This document shows, one piece after another, positions 49,200-62,381 of a stretch of DNA of 64,000 nucleotides. The stretch covers positions 115,136,001-115,200,000 of the forward strand of contig NC_086097.1 in NCBI RefSeq assembly GCF_963921235.1. The letters run 5' to 3'. Every line of letters begins with the position of its first letter. The first letter of the stretch is position 1. This stretch comes from Mobula hypostoma (lineage: Eukaryota). The translations under genes were made by a program, and so were the position numbers. The notes below the pieces were generated by a model. It saw only the letters and a list, made by a program, of their open reading frames with translations. It ran no database searches and was not told the DNA's origin.

Positions 49200-51244
49200 A
49201 GTGGCAGCAACTGACTTCGATGAAGGAGTGTTTCTTGCAAGTCAGAGGCAGTTATTTAAAACGAGAGCTTCGTGGGCATTAGTCCATCATGTGGGGCCGA
49301 TCAGTGGTTGCCACTGAGCTCGACAAACTAAATAAAAGTACAGAAGGGATAAGTGGAGCGGCCATTGTCGGGGGTAGGCCAGTGGTGAGAGTAGAAGCGA
49401 TAGGCTTTGGTGAAAATGAGCTTCGGGTAAGTGGGTAGGTGGACTTCGTCTTTGGTTTTACTTTGTATTTTTTTTGAGGCATAGAGGGCATGTCGGTAGG
49501 GCTAGTATTTTGCTCTGGGTGTCGGATGTGGGAATCCTGGGAATCTTCCCGTCTCCCAGATGGCCACATCTGCACCAGGTGCACCGAGATGCAGCTCCTG
49601 AGAGACCGTGTTAGGGATCTAGAGCTACGGCTCGATGACCTACAGGTTATTAGGGAGAGTGAACAGGAGATCGAGAGGAGCTACAGGGAGTTAGTCACCC
49701 CAAGGCTGCAGGAGTTAGATAAGTGGGTGACGATCAGGGAAGCCAAGAAAAGAGCTCAGACAGTAGAGAGCACCCCTGTGGCCATCCCCCTCAGTAATCG
49801 TTACCTCGTTTTGGATGCGGTTGGGGGGATGACCTGACAAAGGATGACAACGGTGATCGGGTCTCTGGCAATGAGCCTGGTTTCCTGGTGGAGAAGAGAA
49901 AGGATAGTCATAGGGGATTCCATAGTGAGGGGTACAGACAGGAGGTTCTGTCACCCTGATAGAGATACCCGCATAGTGTGTTGCCTTCCACGTGCCAGGG
50001 CACGGGATGTCTCGGATCAGGTGCAAAGTATTCTGAAGGGAGAGGGTGAACAGCCAGAAGTCTTGGTGCACGTTGGTACCAATAACATAGGTAGAAAAAG
50101 GGAGGAGGTCCTGAAGAGAGAATTCAGGGAGTTAGGTAGGAAGCTGAAAAGCAGGACCTCTGGGGTAGTAATCTCAAGATTGCTGCCTGTGCCACGTGCT
50201 AGCGAGTGCAAGAATAGAATGATCAGGTGTATTAATGTGTGGCTGAGAACCTGGTGTAGGGAGCAGGGCTTCAGATTCCTGGATCACTGGGGCTTCTTCT
50301 GGGGGAGGTACAACCTGTACAAAAAGGACGGGTTACACCTGAACCCAAAGGGGTCCAATATCCTACCGGGCACATTTACTAGAGCTGTTAGGAAGGGTTT
50401 AAACTAATTTGGCAGGGGGATGGGAACCGGAGTGATAGGGCTGAGGAAGGGGAAAACGGAAATAAATCAAAGGTAGCATGCAACAGAGATGATAGAAAGG
50501 ACAGGCAGGAGACGAGGAGAGAATTCAAAATGCAGAGATGCAAAGGGACTTGGGATTCCTTGCGCAAGATACCCTAAGGGTTAACCTGCAGTTTGAGTCG
50601 TTTGTGAAGAAGGCAAATACAATGTTGGCATCCATTTCTGGGGGTATAGAGTATAAGAGCAGGGATGTGATGTTGAGGCTCTATAAGGCCACCCTTGGAA
50701 TATTGTGTGCAGTTTTGGGCTCCTTATTTTAGAAGGGATTAACTGACAGTGTGAGAGGGTTCAGAGAAGATTCACAAGAATGATTCCAGGAATGAAAGGG
50801 ATTACCATATGAGGAACGTCAGGCAGCTCTTGGGTTGTATTCCCTGGAGTTCAGGAGAATGAGGGGGGATCTCATAGAAACATTCCAAGTATTAAAAGGC
50901 CTGAACAGATTAGATATGGCAAAGTTATTTCACATCTAGGACAAGAGAGCACAACTTCAGGATTGAAGAACGTTCACTTAGAACTGAGATGCAGAGAAAT
51001 TACTTTAGTCAGAGGCTGGTAAACCTGTGGAATTTGTTGCCACAGGCGGCAAGTAATTAGGTGTATTTAAGGCAGAAGTAGATAGGTTCTTGATTAGCCA
51101 AGGCATCAAAGGGTATGGGGTGAAGGCAGGGGAGTTGGGGATAACTGGAAGAATTGGATCAGCCCATGATTGAATGGCGGAGCAGCCTTCAAAGGCCGAA
51201 TGGCCTACTCTTGCTCCTATATCTTATGGTCTTATGGTCTTATG
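49200..51244 (+). mobile_element. CR1-type LINE with ORF1 and most of ORF2 deleted
   Basis: ORF1 49490-50407 (frameshifted): CSGC..CTRC finger, heptad Leu, SGNH blocks GDS, VHVGTNN, DGLHLN. Jumps at ~50530 to the RT C-terminus (QRDLG); (CTTATGGT)n tail. Confidence 0.9.
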
Positions 51245-52284
51245 AACATTTCCTCAGGACCCTTTTCACACAATTGGACTAAAACCATCTTGCAAACATG
51301 GTTCCACTATAAATGTTGTAAAGTTAATTTCCATTTATGACCGGAAGTTAAACAAAGCATGGTTAGGAGTATATTTACGATTGTTTTGATCTTACACATG
51401 GCAACTGCTGTGTTTAGAAAGCAGAGATTAACAAAATACCAAGAGTGAATATCCATCACAAGAGTGGTCCCACTGAGGCAGCAGAGGAGACCATGGTCCA
51501 AAATGTCACAAACTCCAGACATTGGATCTCCATTCTCCAGTCTCTGACCCAGACTTGTCCATTTGCTGAAAGCAGTGGCACAGGGAGACAGGGTGGTGAA
51601 GAAGGTGTTTGGCACTCTGTCCTTTATCAGTCATTGTACCGAGTGTAGGAATTGGAAAGATATGTTACAGTTAAATTGGACATTGGTGAGGCCACATGTG
51701 GAATATTTTTTACAGTTCTGGTTGCTGTGTTGTAGGAAAGAAATTAACAAATAAGAAGGAGTGCAGAAAATATTTATCAGAATGCTGTATTATAAATACA
51801 AGGGATTCCTCAGATGCTGGAAATCTAGAGCAACATGCAGAAAATGCTGGAGTATCTCAGCAGGCCAGGCAACATGGTTGAAGGGGAAAGGTTGAGAGTG
51901 ATTGTGGGTGGAGTTTAGGAGGATGATGGCGCCAACGACGACTCCTTTGCTATCAATCTTCATTTTCGGTATACTCATTAACTTGACTCCCACAGTCATC
52001 AGCGGCAATGAATTCTGCAGAATCGCCATGCTCTGTTTTAAGAAATTCCTTGTCATCTCTGTTCTAAAGAGTTGTCCTTCTATTCTAAGGATGTACCGTC
52101 TAGTCCTAGACCCTCCTACTATAGGAAACATCCTCTCAATGTTCACTCAACTGTAAGCCTTTCAATATTCGATGTATCAGACTTCAATGTAATTCAGATC
52201 TTGAATGCTGATATCTTCTACATCAGGAATTTAATTTCATTTTATCTAATTACCTCCAAGAGGACCACACCTAGTCATAAGGTT

Positions 52285-52597
52285 TAGAGGCTTGTGTGCT
52301 TCAACGACCTGGAGAGCTATGTTGGCTGGAGTCAGGGCCTTGCGTTTTGGCTTTTGGTAGGGTCACCCATGCCAAACAGGTCAAAGGGCACAGGTCTAAG
52401 AGTGGCCCACTGGTTCTCCAAGAGTGGCCCACTAGTTCTCCAGGTTTGGGGGTTCAGCTCAGGGATAACTACCCAGACTGGTAAAAAAAAGTTGTTACAG
52501 AAACAGCAATGAGGAATCCTTCTATACAGATAGAGATGGGGGATCTTCATTGCTGCCCTAAACACCAGCAGTGTAATGTGCAGTAAACAGTAAGTAG
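52285..52597 (+). mobile_element. Short RTE-derived non-autonomous element
   Basis: 5' part resembles recalled Rex3/Expander-type leaders (GGAGAGCTATGTTGG..GGTAGGGTCACCCATG); RTE-like 3' end with TAAG tail; internal 22-bp tandem duplication at 52398-52441. Confidence 0.5.
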
Positions 52598-52884
52598 CAG
52601 TTATCAAATTAATTGTTTAATTATTTATTAATAGTTATAAATAGCTTACTTATTACGTTTTATTTACTTACTATCACTTTATCCTTGTATATTGATTTCA
52701 ACACTGAATAAATTTGTTTTGACACATTAGGAAGCTTTCTATAATTACTTGGTTGATTCTGACACATAAGGAGGCATTTTGGTTCAATGAGTCTATGTCA
52801 CCACACAGAGCAATCTCATCAATCCCTTTTCAATCATCTTTCCCTCTAAACTACTCTCCACCTTTGAGCCATACTACAAAATTG

Positions 52885-53715
52885 AGCATATCTATAAGGG
52901 GCGATGCCTCAGGAAAGCAACATCCATCATCAAAGACCCCCACCATCCAGGTCATGGTCTCTTTTCACTGTTGCCATTGGGAAGCAGGTACAGGAGCTGA
53001 GGTCCTACACCATCAGGTTCAGGAATAATTATTACCCTTCAAGCATCAGGCTCCTGAACCACCATGGATAATTTCACACATCTCAACACTGAACTGAATC
53101 CACAACTTATGGACTCACTTTCAAGGACTCTGCAACTTAAAGTTCAAAAAATTCAAAGTAAACTTATCAAAGTACACATATATCACGATATACAACCCTG
53201 AGATTCATTTTCTTGTGGGCATACTCAATAAATCCAAAGAATAATGGCCATTATAGAATCAATGAAAGAGCACGCCAACTTGGGTGTTCAACTGGAGTGC
53301 AAAAGATACCAAATTGTGCAAATACAAAAATAAATAAATAAGAAGAAGAAATAAATAATCAATAAATATTGAAAAAAACATGAGATAAAGAGTACTTGAA
53401 AGTGAGTCCATAGGTTGTGGGACCATTTCAATGATGGGGTGAGTGAAGTTGAGTGAAGTTATCCCCTTTGGTTCAAGAGTGTGAAGGTTGAGGGGTAATA
53501 ACTCATGTACTCAGTATGATGTATTCATTTATTATTATTATTATTCCTGTATATGCACAGTTTGTATTCTTTTGCACATTGGCTGCTTGTCAGTCTTTTT
53601 TTTGTGTTTAGCTCTTTTTGTTCTACTATGAATGTCTGTTAGAAAATGAATGTCAAGGCAGTATATAGTGACATATATGTACTTTGATGATAAATTTACT
53701 TTGAACATTGAACTT
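52885..53715 (+). mobile_element. Rex1-type LINE 3' end with an antisense LINE tail inserted (~53135-53500)
   Basis: RKATSIIKDPHHPGHGLFSLLPLG; tail TTTACTTTGAAC. Confidence 0.75.
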
Positions 53716-53769
53716 CGAACTTTCTGTACATTATCATCAATTCCTAAAGATTCTGTCTTTCATCTACTC

Positions 53770-53930
53770 ACTAGGAACAATTTACTGTGGCCAATTAACA
53801 TAGTAAGCTATATGTCTAGGGGTTTGGGGAGGAAACTAGTACACCCGAAGGGGACCCATAGGGTTGCAGGGAGAATATGCAATTTCCGCCCTGACAGTAT
53901 CTGAGGTTAGGATTGAACCAGGGTCATGGG
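53770..53930 (-). mobile_element. V-SINE fragment
   Basis: Reverse-complement V-domain and B box (GGATTGAACC). Confidence 0.65.
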
Positions 53931-54399
53931 AGCGCACTAGTTGTACCCCAACTTTTATTAAACGTTGTGTTCAAAGCTTGCAGGGATCTCTTTGGTAAAT
54001 GTGCTTCAGAAGAACTGCATAAACCTGCTTAATTCAATTCAGGGATTCACCTGCAGATGAAAGATTGGAAATATTCAGCAGGTCTGCCAGCGTCTGCAGG
54101 GAAATAAACATTTCAAATTGATGAGCTTTCACTTGACAGAGCAAAAATGAGAAAAAAACGCAGATTTTCAGAAGGTACCCATGCAGGGAGATCAAGTTGT
54201 AGAAGAGGGATAAAATGTGAAGTTCCATGTGAGCGAGGATGCCAGGAAAAATTGTTTTTGAAACACATGCGATTGAGAGACTGCAGGAGCAAGAATCTGG
54301 AGCCAGAAACAATCTGCTAGAGAAGATGTGTCAGGCAGTATGTGTGGAGACATATACATCTGAGGCAGGGTGATGACCTGCCTGAAGGCATTTGGGCTC

Positions 54400-54695
54400 T
54401 CACGACCAGACTATGTAACAGTTTCTTCCCCCAAACCATCAGACTCCTCAATACTCAGAGCCTGGACTGACACCAACCTACTGCCCTCTACTGTGCCTAC
54501 TGTCTTGTTTATTATTTATTGTAATGCCTGCACTGTTTTGTGCACTTTATGCAGTCCTGGGTAGGTCTGTAGTCTAGTGTAGTTTTTGTGTTGTTCATGT
54601 AGCACCATGGTCCTGAAAAACGTCGTCTCATTTTTACTGTGTACTGTACCAGCAGTCATGGTAAAGTGACTTGACTAGACTTGACTAGACTTGAC
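54400..54695 (+). mobile_element. Rex1-type LINE 3' UTR with (GACTT/GACTA)n tail
   Basis: RLCNSFFPQTIRLLN terminus followed by UTR and pentamer tail. Confidence 0.75.
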
Positions 54696-54944
54696 GTGTC
54701 TTACTGGCTGTTTGCTGTTTGAGAAGTTACATTCCTTCAGCAGTTTGTTTTACGAAAAAAAATTTGACAAGTGAATAATAGCAGCTGAATCAGCACTATC
54801 AGCTGTGGTTTAGAAAAAGAGCGCTGCGATTACCGACTCCTTCCAGCTAACTGTGACCCCTACAACTCCCCTGACTTACAGTTGCAAAAGTACAAACAAA
54901 ATCTAAATTAGTTTTCCAGTTAATAGAACATATTCTGTACCATT

Positions 54945-55437
54945 AAACTATATGACATAGGAACAAAATTATACCACTTGGCCCTTTGGGACAGATCTGC
55001 CATTCTATCATGGCTGATTGATTATTCCTCCTTCTCCTTCCTTCTCTCCATAACCTTTAACACTGTTACCAATCAAGAACCAAACAACCTCCTCTTTAAA
55101 TATGCCCAATGACCTTGCCTCCAGGGGCATCCTTGGCAGTGAATTCCAGAGATTCTCCACCGTCTGGATAAAGAAATTCCACCATCTCTGTTCTAAATAG
55201 ATGTGCTTGTATTCTGAGGCTGTGACCTCTGGTCCTAGACTCCCCCACTATATGAAACATACTCTCAACATCCACTCTACATAGTCCGTTCAATATTCAA
55301 TAAGTTTCAATGGCATACCCACTCATTATTCTAAACTCCAGAGAGTACAGACCGAGAACCATCAAATGTTCCTCAAATATTAACCCATTCATTCCCGGGA
55401 TCATTCTTGTGAACTCCTGCAGATCCTCTCCAATGCA
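54945..55437 (-). mobile_element. CR1/HER1-type LINE 3' end
   Basis: ORF 55096-55293 GESRTRGHSLRI. Confidence 0.85.
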
Positions 55438-55469
55438 ATTCATGGTTGTCAAGTGATAAATTCACAGGA

Positions 55470-57797
55470 CTAGATGGGATAGAGTTTGACAAATGTGTTC
55501 AGGAAAGTTTCCTTAAAGTCTCAACAATAGTTGATCTGTTATTAGGGAAAGAGACCGGGCAAGTGACTGAAGTTTGTGTAGCAGAACACTTTGCATCCAG
55601 TGATCACAATGCCATTAGATTCAAAGTAAATATGCAAAAAGGTCCGCAGGTTGAGATTCTAAAGTTCTATTTTTGATGGCACCAGGAAAGATCTGACAAG
55701 TGTGGATTGGGACAGGCTGTACTTTGTCAAAGGTGTACTTGGTAAGTTGGAGGCCTTCAAATGTGAAATTCTGAGAGTACAAAGCTTGTATGTGCCTGTC
55801 AGAATAAAAGTTAAAGATAACAAGAATAGGGAACCTTGGCTTTTCAGAGATACTGAGGCACTAGCTAAAAATAATAAGGAGGTCCATAGCTGGTATAGGC
55901 AGGTAGGAACAAATGAGGTGCTTATTGAGTATAATAAATGCAAGAGAATGCTTACAGAGGAAATCAGGAGGGCTAAAAGAAGGCTTGGGTTAACCCTAGC
56001 AGACAAGGAGAAGGAGAGTCCTAAAGGATTCTCTTGTTAAGAGAAAAACGATTGTAGAAGGCAAAATTGGTCCTCTGGAAGATCAGAATGGTAATCAATG
56101 TGTGGAGCAAAGGAAATGGGGAAATCTTAAGTGAATATTTTGCATCTGTATTTACTCAGGAGATGGACACCAAGTTTATAAAAGTGAGGCAAAGCGGCAT
56201 CAACTTTATGGACCCTGTACAGATTATAGAGGAGGAGATGTTGGCTGTCCTGAGGCAAATTAGGGTGGATAAATCCCCAAGGCCCGACAATGTGTTCCCT
56301 CAGACCCTGAAGGGAGGGCAGGTGCAGATAATGTCCAGGCCCTGACAGAGATATTTAAATCATCTTTTGTGACAGGAGGCAAAAGAGGATTGGGGGATAG
56401 ATATTGCTGTTCCACTGTTTAAGAAAGGCTTGAAAAATAAACCAGGAAATTATAGGCCGGTGAGCCTGATATGAGCAGTGGGGAACTTACTGGAAGGTAG
56501 TATAAGTAGCTGGATAGATTGATTAAGAATAGTCAGCATAATTTCATGTGTGTTAGGTCATGTCCAACAAACCTTGTAGAGTTTTTTGAGGATGTTACCA
56601 AGAAAGACAAGGCAGGAGATGTTGTCTACATGGACTTTGGACAAGGTCCTACATGGGAGGTTGGTCAAGAAGGTTCAATCACTCTGCATTCAAGTGAGGT
56701 AGTAAATTGAATTAGACATTGGCTTTGTGGGAGAAAACAGATTATGGTGGTAGATGGTTGCCTTACTGTCTGGAGACCTGTGACCAGTGGAGTGATGCAG
56801 GGATCAGTGGTGGGTCCATTGTAGTTTGTTACCTATATCAATGATCTTGATTATAATGTGGTTAACTGGGTCAGCAAATTTGTGGATGACACCAAGATTG
56901 GGGGTACAGTGGACAGCGAGGAAGGTTATTATGGCTTGCAGTGAGTTCTAGACCAGCTGTAAAATGAGCTGAAAATATGGCAGATGGAACTTAATGCAGA
57001 CAAATGCAAGGGGTTGCAGTTTGGTAGGACCAACCAGGGTAAGTCTCGCACAGTGAATGGTAGGACACTCAGGAGTGTGGTAGAACAAAGAGATCTGGGA
57101 ATACAGGTCCATAATTTGTTAAAAGTGGTGTCACAGGTAGATAGGATCATAAAGAATGCTTTTGGCACACTGGCTTCATAAATCAAAGTATTGAGTACAG
57201 AAGTTGGGATGTTATGTTGAAGTTGTATAAAAATTGCTGAGGCCTAATTTGGAGTATTGTGTGCATTTTGGTCACCTACATGCAGGAAAGTATAAATAAG
57301 GTTGAAAGAGTAGAGAGGAAATTTGTAAGGATGTTGCCGGGTCTGAAGGACCTGAGTTATAAGAAAAGACTGAATAGGTTAGGACTTTATTCCTTGGGAT
57401 GTAGAAGATTGAGAAGAGATTTGATGGAAGTATACATAATTATGAAGGGTATAGAGAGGATAAATGCAACCAGTCTTTTTCTGCTGAGGTTGGGTGGAAC
57501 TACAACCAGAGGTCATGGTTTAAGGGTGAAAGGTGAAAAGTTCAAGGGGAACATGAGGGGAAACTTCTTCACTGAGAGAGTGGTGAGAGTGTGGAATGAG
57601 CTGTCAGCACAAGTGGTGCATACAAGCTCGATTTCAACGTTCAAAAGAAGTTTGAACAGGTACGTGGATGGGAGGGGTATGGAGGGGTATGGAGGGCTAT
57701 GGTCTCGGTGCAGGTCAATGGGAGTAGGCAGTTTAAATAATTCAGCATGGACAAGATGATCTGTTTCTGTGCTGTCCTTTTCTATGACTCTATGACT
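55470..57797 (+). mobile_element. Decayed CR1/HER1-type LINE ORF2
   Basis: SSDHNAIRF, DKSPRPD, GNYRPVSL, SKFVDDTK, RRLRRDLMEVY; CTATGACT tail. Confidence 0.9.
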
Positions 57798-58667
57798 GCA
57801 ACTAATTGCCATTTTATCTCCCAAAGTCCTTAGAATAACAGGTCCAATTGTGATTGTCTGTCAGTTATCAGTACCGTTAAATGAAATATCACCATCAGAT
57901 TTCAAAATATAAACTGCATGACTGCACTGAAGACCTCACAGAATCATCCTACATTTGATCCAGAGAAAAGATCCTGTTCAATCGATTCAACCAGCCTTCA
58001 CAACCTATGTGCTTAAAGTCTTTAATAGATTGCTGCTTAATAAAGAGATATACATGATGTTTTTTCACAATTTTAGGATGTTATAAAAGTGTTAGGTGCC
58101 ACAAAAGCAATTATTTCTGAAATAATAAATGCATTTTTATTGACAAATGCTGATATTATCAATGCCTGAGAATGGACCTGAGGATAATATGTAAAATGCC
58201 CAATGGCAATATTTTTAGATACTACTCTCATGACCTAAAACTTTATTTTCACTCTCACACGACTGAGCCTCTAAACTCTGGATAGAACACTAGCTGAGAT
58301 TGCCTTTAACACAATTATAATCACCATATAAATAATTCATCACACAGCACCCTGTGGTTTGAAAGGGAAGCACATTGACATTTTACCCAAGGAAACAGTG
58401 TATGCATCCAACAGTAAAATGTCAAAGAGAAATGCGTGCTGAATCCAACCGTGTGATGCATGGTGTTCTTCACAGGAGCCTCACAGTGTCTATTGTTGAG
58501 ATAACACTGCCAAAATCTGAGAGCTTTCATGAGCACAGAGCATCTCAGGTTTGAGAACTGGCTTTTGTTCTCCTTGGAAATCAATAATTTCTGCTCTGAC
58601 CTGTGTGTTTTGTAACTTGAAGCAGTGGATACGGTTGGTACAGAGACAATCATTTCTGTACCGATGA

Positions 58668-58955
58668 GGGTGGCACGGTAGTGTAGTGGTTAGCACAATG
58701 CTTTACAGTACCAGTGACCAGGTTCAATTACCATCACTGCCTGTATGGAGTTTGTACGTTCTCCTTGTGACCATGTGGATTTCCTCCGGGTGCTCTGGTT
58801 TCCCCCGACAGTCCAAAGACATACCAATTGGTAGGTTAATTGGTCTTTGTAAATTGTTCCTTGATTAGGCTAGGGTTAAATCGGGGGACTGTTGGGTGGC
58901 ACAGCACAGCTCGAAGGACTGGAAGAGCCTACTCCATGCTCTATCACAATAAATA
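58668..58955 (+). mobile_element. HE1-like V-SINE with CR1-type tail
   Basis: GGGTGGCACGGTAGTGTAGTGGTTAGC A box, B box, V-domain, tail GAAGGACTGGAAGAGCCTACTCCATGCTCTAT. Confidence 0.88.
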
Positions 58956-59139
58956 AAAAATAAAGTAAGTTATAAAGTACTTGTATAACAAGATAAGGAA
59001 TTAAATAAAACATGTTAATTTAATAATACGAAGTGTCTGTGAATGCAGCATGTGTATTGCAGACTAATCTGGAATATTATTGGAAATTTAGTCATACAAT
59101 GCCATTATTTTCAGTGCTACATAGAGGTGGATTGGTTTC

Positions 59140-59330
59140 CCAGAGGAATTCAGCAGGTTGGGCATCATCAATAGAGATGAATAAAGGATTGATGTTTTGT
59201 CCCGACACCCTTCATCAGGCCCATAATGTTGACTGATTATTCCATTTCATAGATGCTGCCTGAGCTGCTGAGTTCCTTCAGCATTTTGTGTGTGTTACTG
59301 AAGATCGTCAGCAGCTGTAGAATCTGTGTT
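59140..59330. mobile_element. Inverted pair of PLE-derived termini
   Basis: GAGGAATTCAGCAGG...CCCTTCATCAGG followed by the reversed ATGTTGACTG..GCTGCTGAGTTCC. Confidence 0.7.
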
Positions 59331-59384
59331 TTTGGTTTCCCGGAGTGGAAGATGCTTCTATCAATATCTTGGTTGAACTGTACA

Positions 59385-59805
59385 ATCTCTATTGACGTCA
59401 ATGGATCTGGGGTCGAGAGGGTGAACAGCTTGAAGTTCCTTAGTATACACATCACCGAGGACCTCATATGATCTGTACTGTGTGGTGAAAAAATACACAA
59501 CAGCGCCTCTTTCACCTCAGATGGTTGAAGGAGTTTAGCATGAGTCCCGAAATCCTAAGGACTTTCTACAGGGGCCCAACTGAGAACATCCTGACCAGCT
59601 GCATTGCTGTTTGGTATGGAAACTGTACTTCCCTCAATCGCAGGACTCTGCAGAGAGTGGTGCAGACAGCCCAGCGTATCTGTAGGTGTGAACTTCTCAT
59701 TATTTGGGACATTTACAGTGACAAGTGCATAAAAAGGGCCCGAAGGGTCATTGGTGACCTGAGTCACCCCAACCACAAACTGTTCCAGCTGCTACCATCC
59801 TGGGA
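59385..59805 (+). mobile_element. Rex1-type LINE RT fragment
   Basis: ERVNSLKFL and ENILTSCIAVWYGNC..LFQLLPS. Confidence 0.85.
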
Positions 59806-60919
59806 ATGATGGGACACTTCACATTTCTCATCATCCTTCCATATATCAACAATTTTTGTGCGTTATTCACATGCATAATGGTATCATTCCTATTATATGA
59901 GAAATTGGGCCACATTAATCCAAATCACTTCTATCGATGAATACCCACAATCTAAACAGGATCTCGCAGCACTCTCAGTCAAGTACTTCCTTTTGATTTT
60001 TTTTCTTCGGAACTCACCACTTCCATATTCCACATTGGAAAGTTTCAGTTACTCCAAGTTCACAAGCCTCCTCTGAAGTCTGACAACCTATCAATCACTC
60101 AACAGCCCTATCTATCAATGACCCAAATCTCATTTATCAATCACCTGATCGCCTAACTATTGGTCACCTGACATAAACACAGTCTATAGATCACGGGTCC
60201 TCCCCAAATGATGACCTAAGTTCCTTCCTGTCAGTCATCTGAGCTTCCCCCAGTGTAAGTCTACCATCCCAATCGTTCATTGATCGCCAGTCTCAGATAC
60301 CGATTTCAAGTCACCAGTCCTATTCCTGAACCATTGGGGCAAGGCCCCAAATCCATACTTGTGCAATGCTGGCACAGTGGGAAAAAGAACCTCCTTATGA
60401 TTTTACAGCCAACTCAATATAGTGATGTTAACACACATTTGGAGGCCTGGTTGAATTTGCTGACGCTTGTAATATACCAGATTTTGTTTATATTCATAAG
60501 GGTGTTTGCCTTTGTTGAATATTATGACTTAATAAATTGGGACCCTTTAAAAATTTTGAAATTTTGGAAAGAATGGAAATCTTAAGGCAGTTTCTGGGTG
60601 ATTGGAATTTATTGAGTCTTTCCAATTTGTGATGTAATGGTACATTTTGTAAGGAAAATTACTGACCCATGGCATTCATGCAGGTTCTGATGGCAAGTTC
60701 TTTTACTTGTTAAAGTTGAAGTAAGACAAGACTATACAGGCTAGGTTCAACAGGACAGCTACAGAATTAAAAAGTAAATGTAAAACCTGTGATGTCTGAC
60801 TGCTTGGTTCTATATAAAAGTCATAGGCCTCAGAGCAGCAATAAACTAGGAGGTAGGAGATACAATCAACATCAGCCAGAAGTAAACAAAAGAAATCGTG
60901 GAAGATAAAGTTAAGAAAT

Positions 60920-61620
60920 GTCAAAGTTCGAAGATTAAAGTAAATTTATTATTAATGTACATATATGTTACCATATATAACCCAGAGACTGATTTTCCAG
61001 AGGGCATTCATAAGTAGAAAGAAATAACAGAATTAATGAAAAAATCACACAAACCACAGATAGGCAAACAATCAACATGCAAAAGACAACAAACTGCACA
61101 AATACAAAAAGAAAAGGAAAAAATAATAAAAGTAATAAATATATAAGCATTAAATATTGAGAACACCAGTTGTAGAGTCCTTAAAAGGTTGAGGAATCAG
61201 TTTAGCGTTGGGGTGAGTGAAGTTAATCCCGTCAGGCACAAGAAGGGTAATAACTGTTCCTGAACCTAGTAGTGTGTACCTCCTTCCTGATGGCAGCAGT
61301 GAGAAGAGAGCGTGGCTTGAGTGTTGGGGCTCCTTGATGATGGACGCTGCTTTCCTGTAGCAGCGCTCCGTATAAATGTGTTCGATAGTGGGGAGGGCTT
61401 TACCTGTGATGGACCAGTCTGTATCCACTACTTCTTAAAGTTTTTTTTTCATTCAAGGGCATTGGTATTCCCATATTAGGCCATGGTACAGCCTGTCAGG
61501 ATACTCTCCACAGTGCATCTATGGAGGTGTGTCAGAGTTTTAGATGACTTGCTGAATGTGTGCAAACTTCTAAGTAGAGGCGCTGCCGTGTCTCCTTCAT
61601 AATGGCAGTTACATGCTGGA
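60920..61620 (-). mobile_element. Rex1-type LINE 3' end
   Basis: ORF 61150-61428 KAASIIKEPQHSSHALFSLLPSGRRY plus UTR and tail. Confidence 0.85.
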
Positions 61621-62180
61621 AGAGATGATGGGCTTACTTCCAATTATACCTTATGGCCTCTCCACAGACACCAGAGATGACCATTGCTAATGTAACAGAG
61701 ATAACAGGAGTTCAGAGCAGAAAATGATGATACCTGGCTATCAAAGCCTAATGGGAAAAAAACATCCGTATGTTGGTTCACTGTGATGGGAATTGTGAGG
61801 AGAAAAAACAATCACATACTCTCCTGTATCAGGACTGGGTCATTACTGATAAGTGAACTGCTTCAGATTGGTGAATTCATAATTTATGTCCCAAAGCATA
61901 TAGAAAAAAAAGGGAAGTTTTATGTAACACCTGTGAGAGCGTGATTGAAGTAACAAAATTGAGTCCCAAGCTATTTCTCCCATGTCACACTGTGAGGAGA
62001 TTGTTTAGTGAACTTTCTAAAACAAGGAGCGGTCAACAAATTGTTTACTTGAGTAGTTTTCTGGAAGTTTTGCTCTGGCTTTAAATAGAACTTTCTATAG
62101 TCTCATCTATTTTGTTTCAAATAAGTGTCAAACTGATGACCTAGAATTAATGAAATTTCTTTTTTGACAAAAAAGGATAC

Positions 62181-62381
62181 AATATACGCAGCATCTTGAG
62201 TGTAAGCATCCTCATAAGGTTGGGCCCTGTGTTTGCAATATTGAGTTTGGAGGGGTTTTGAACATTGGATATAGGCTGCAGCATTCCCATTGTAGTTCTG
62301 GGTGGTTCTTGTCCACTGTATAAAACATTGGAAGAAGACCACTGGTGATTTGGCTGCAGCTGCCTTATGAAAACACCCAGT
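62181..62381 (-). CDS. Candidate internal host exon (201 bp), gene unknown
   Basis: Acceptor TTTCCCTTAATTCTTTTAG, U12-consensus donor GTATCCTTT, length 67 codons, two open frames, no repeat match seen in the window. Confidence 0.35.

Noticed and set aside
60080..60200. Loose TATCAATCAC periodicity as an array
   Set aside because: Three or four degenerate, irregular units; no repeat-spacer structure.
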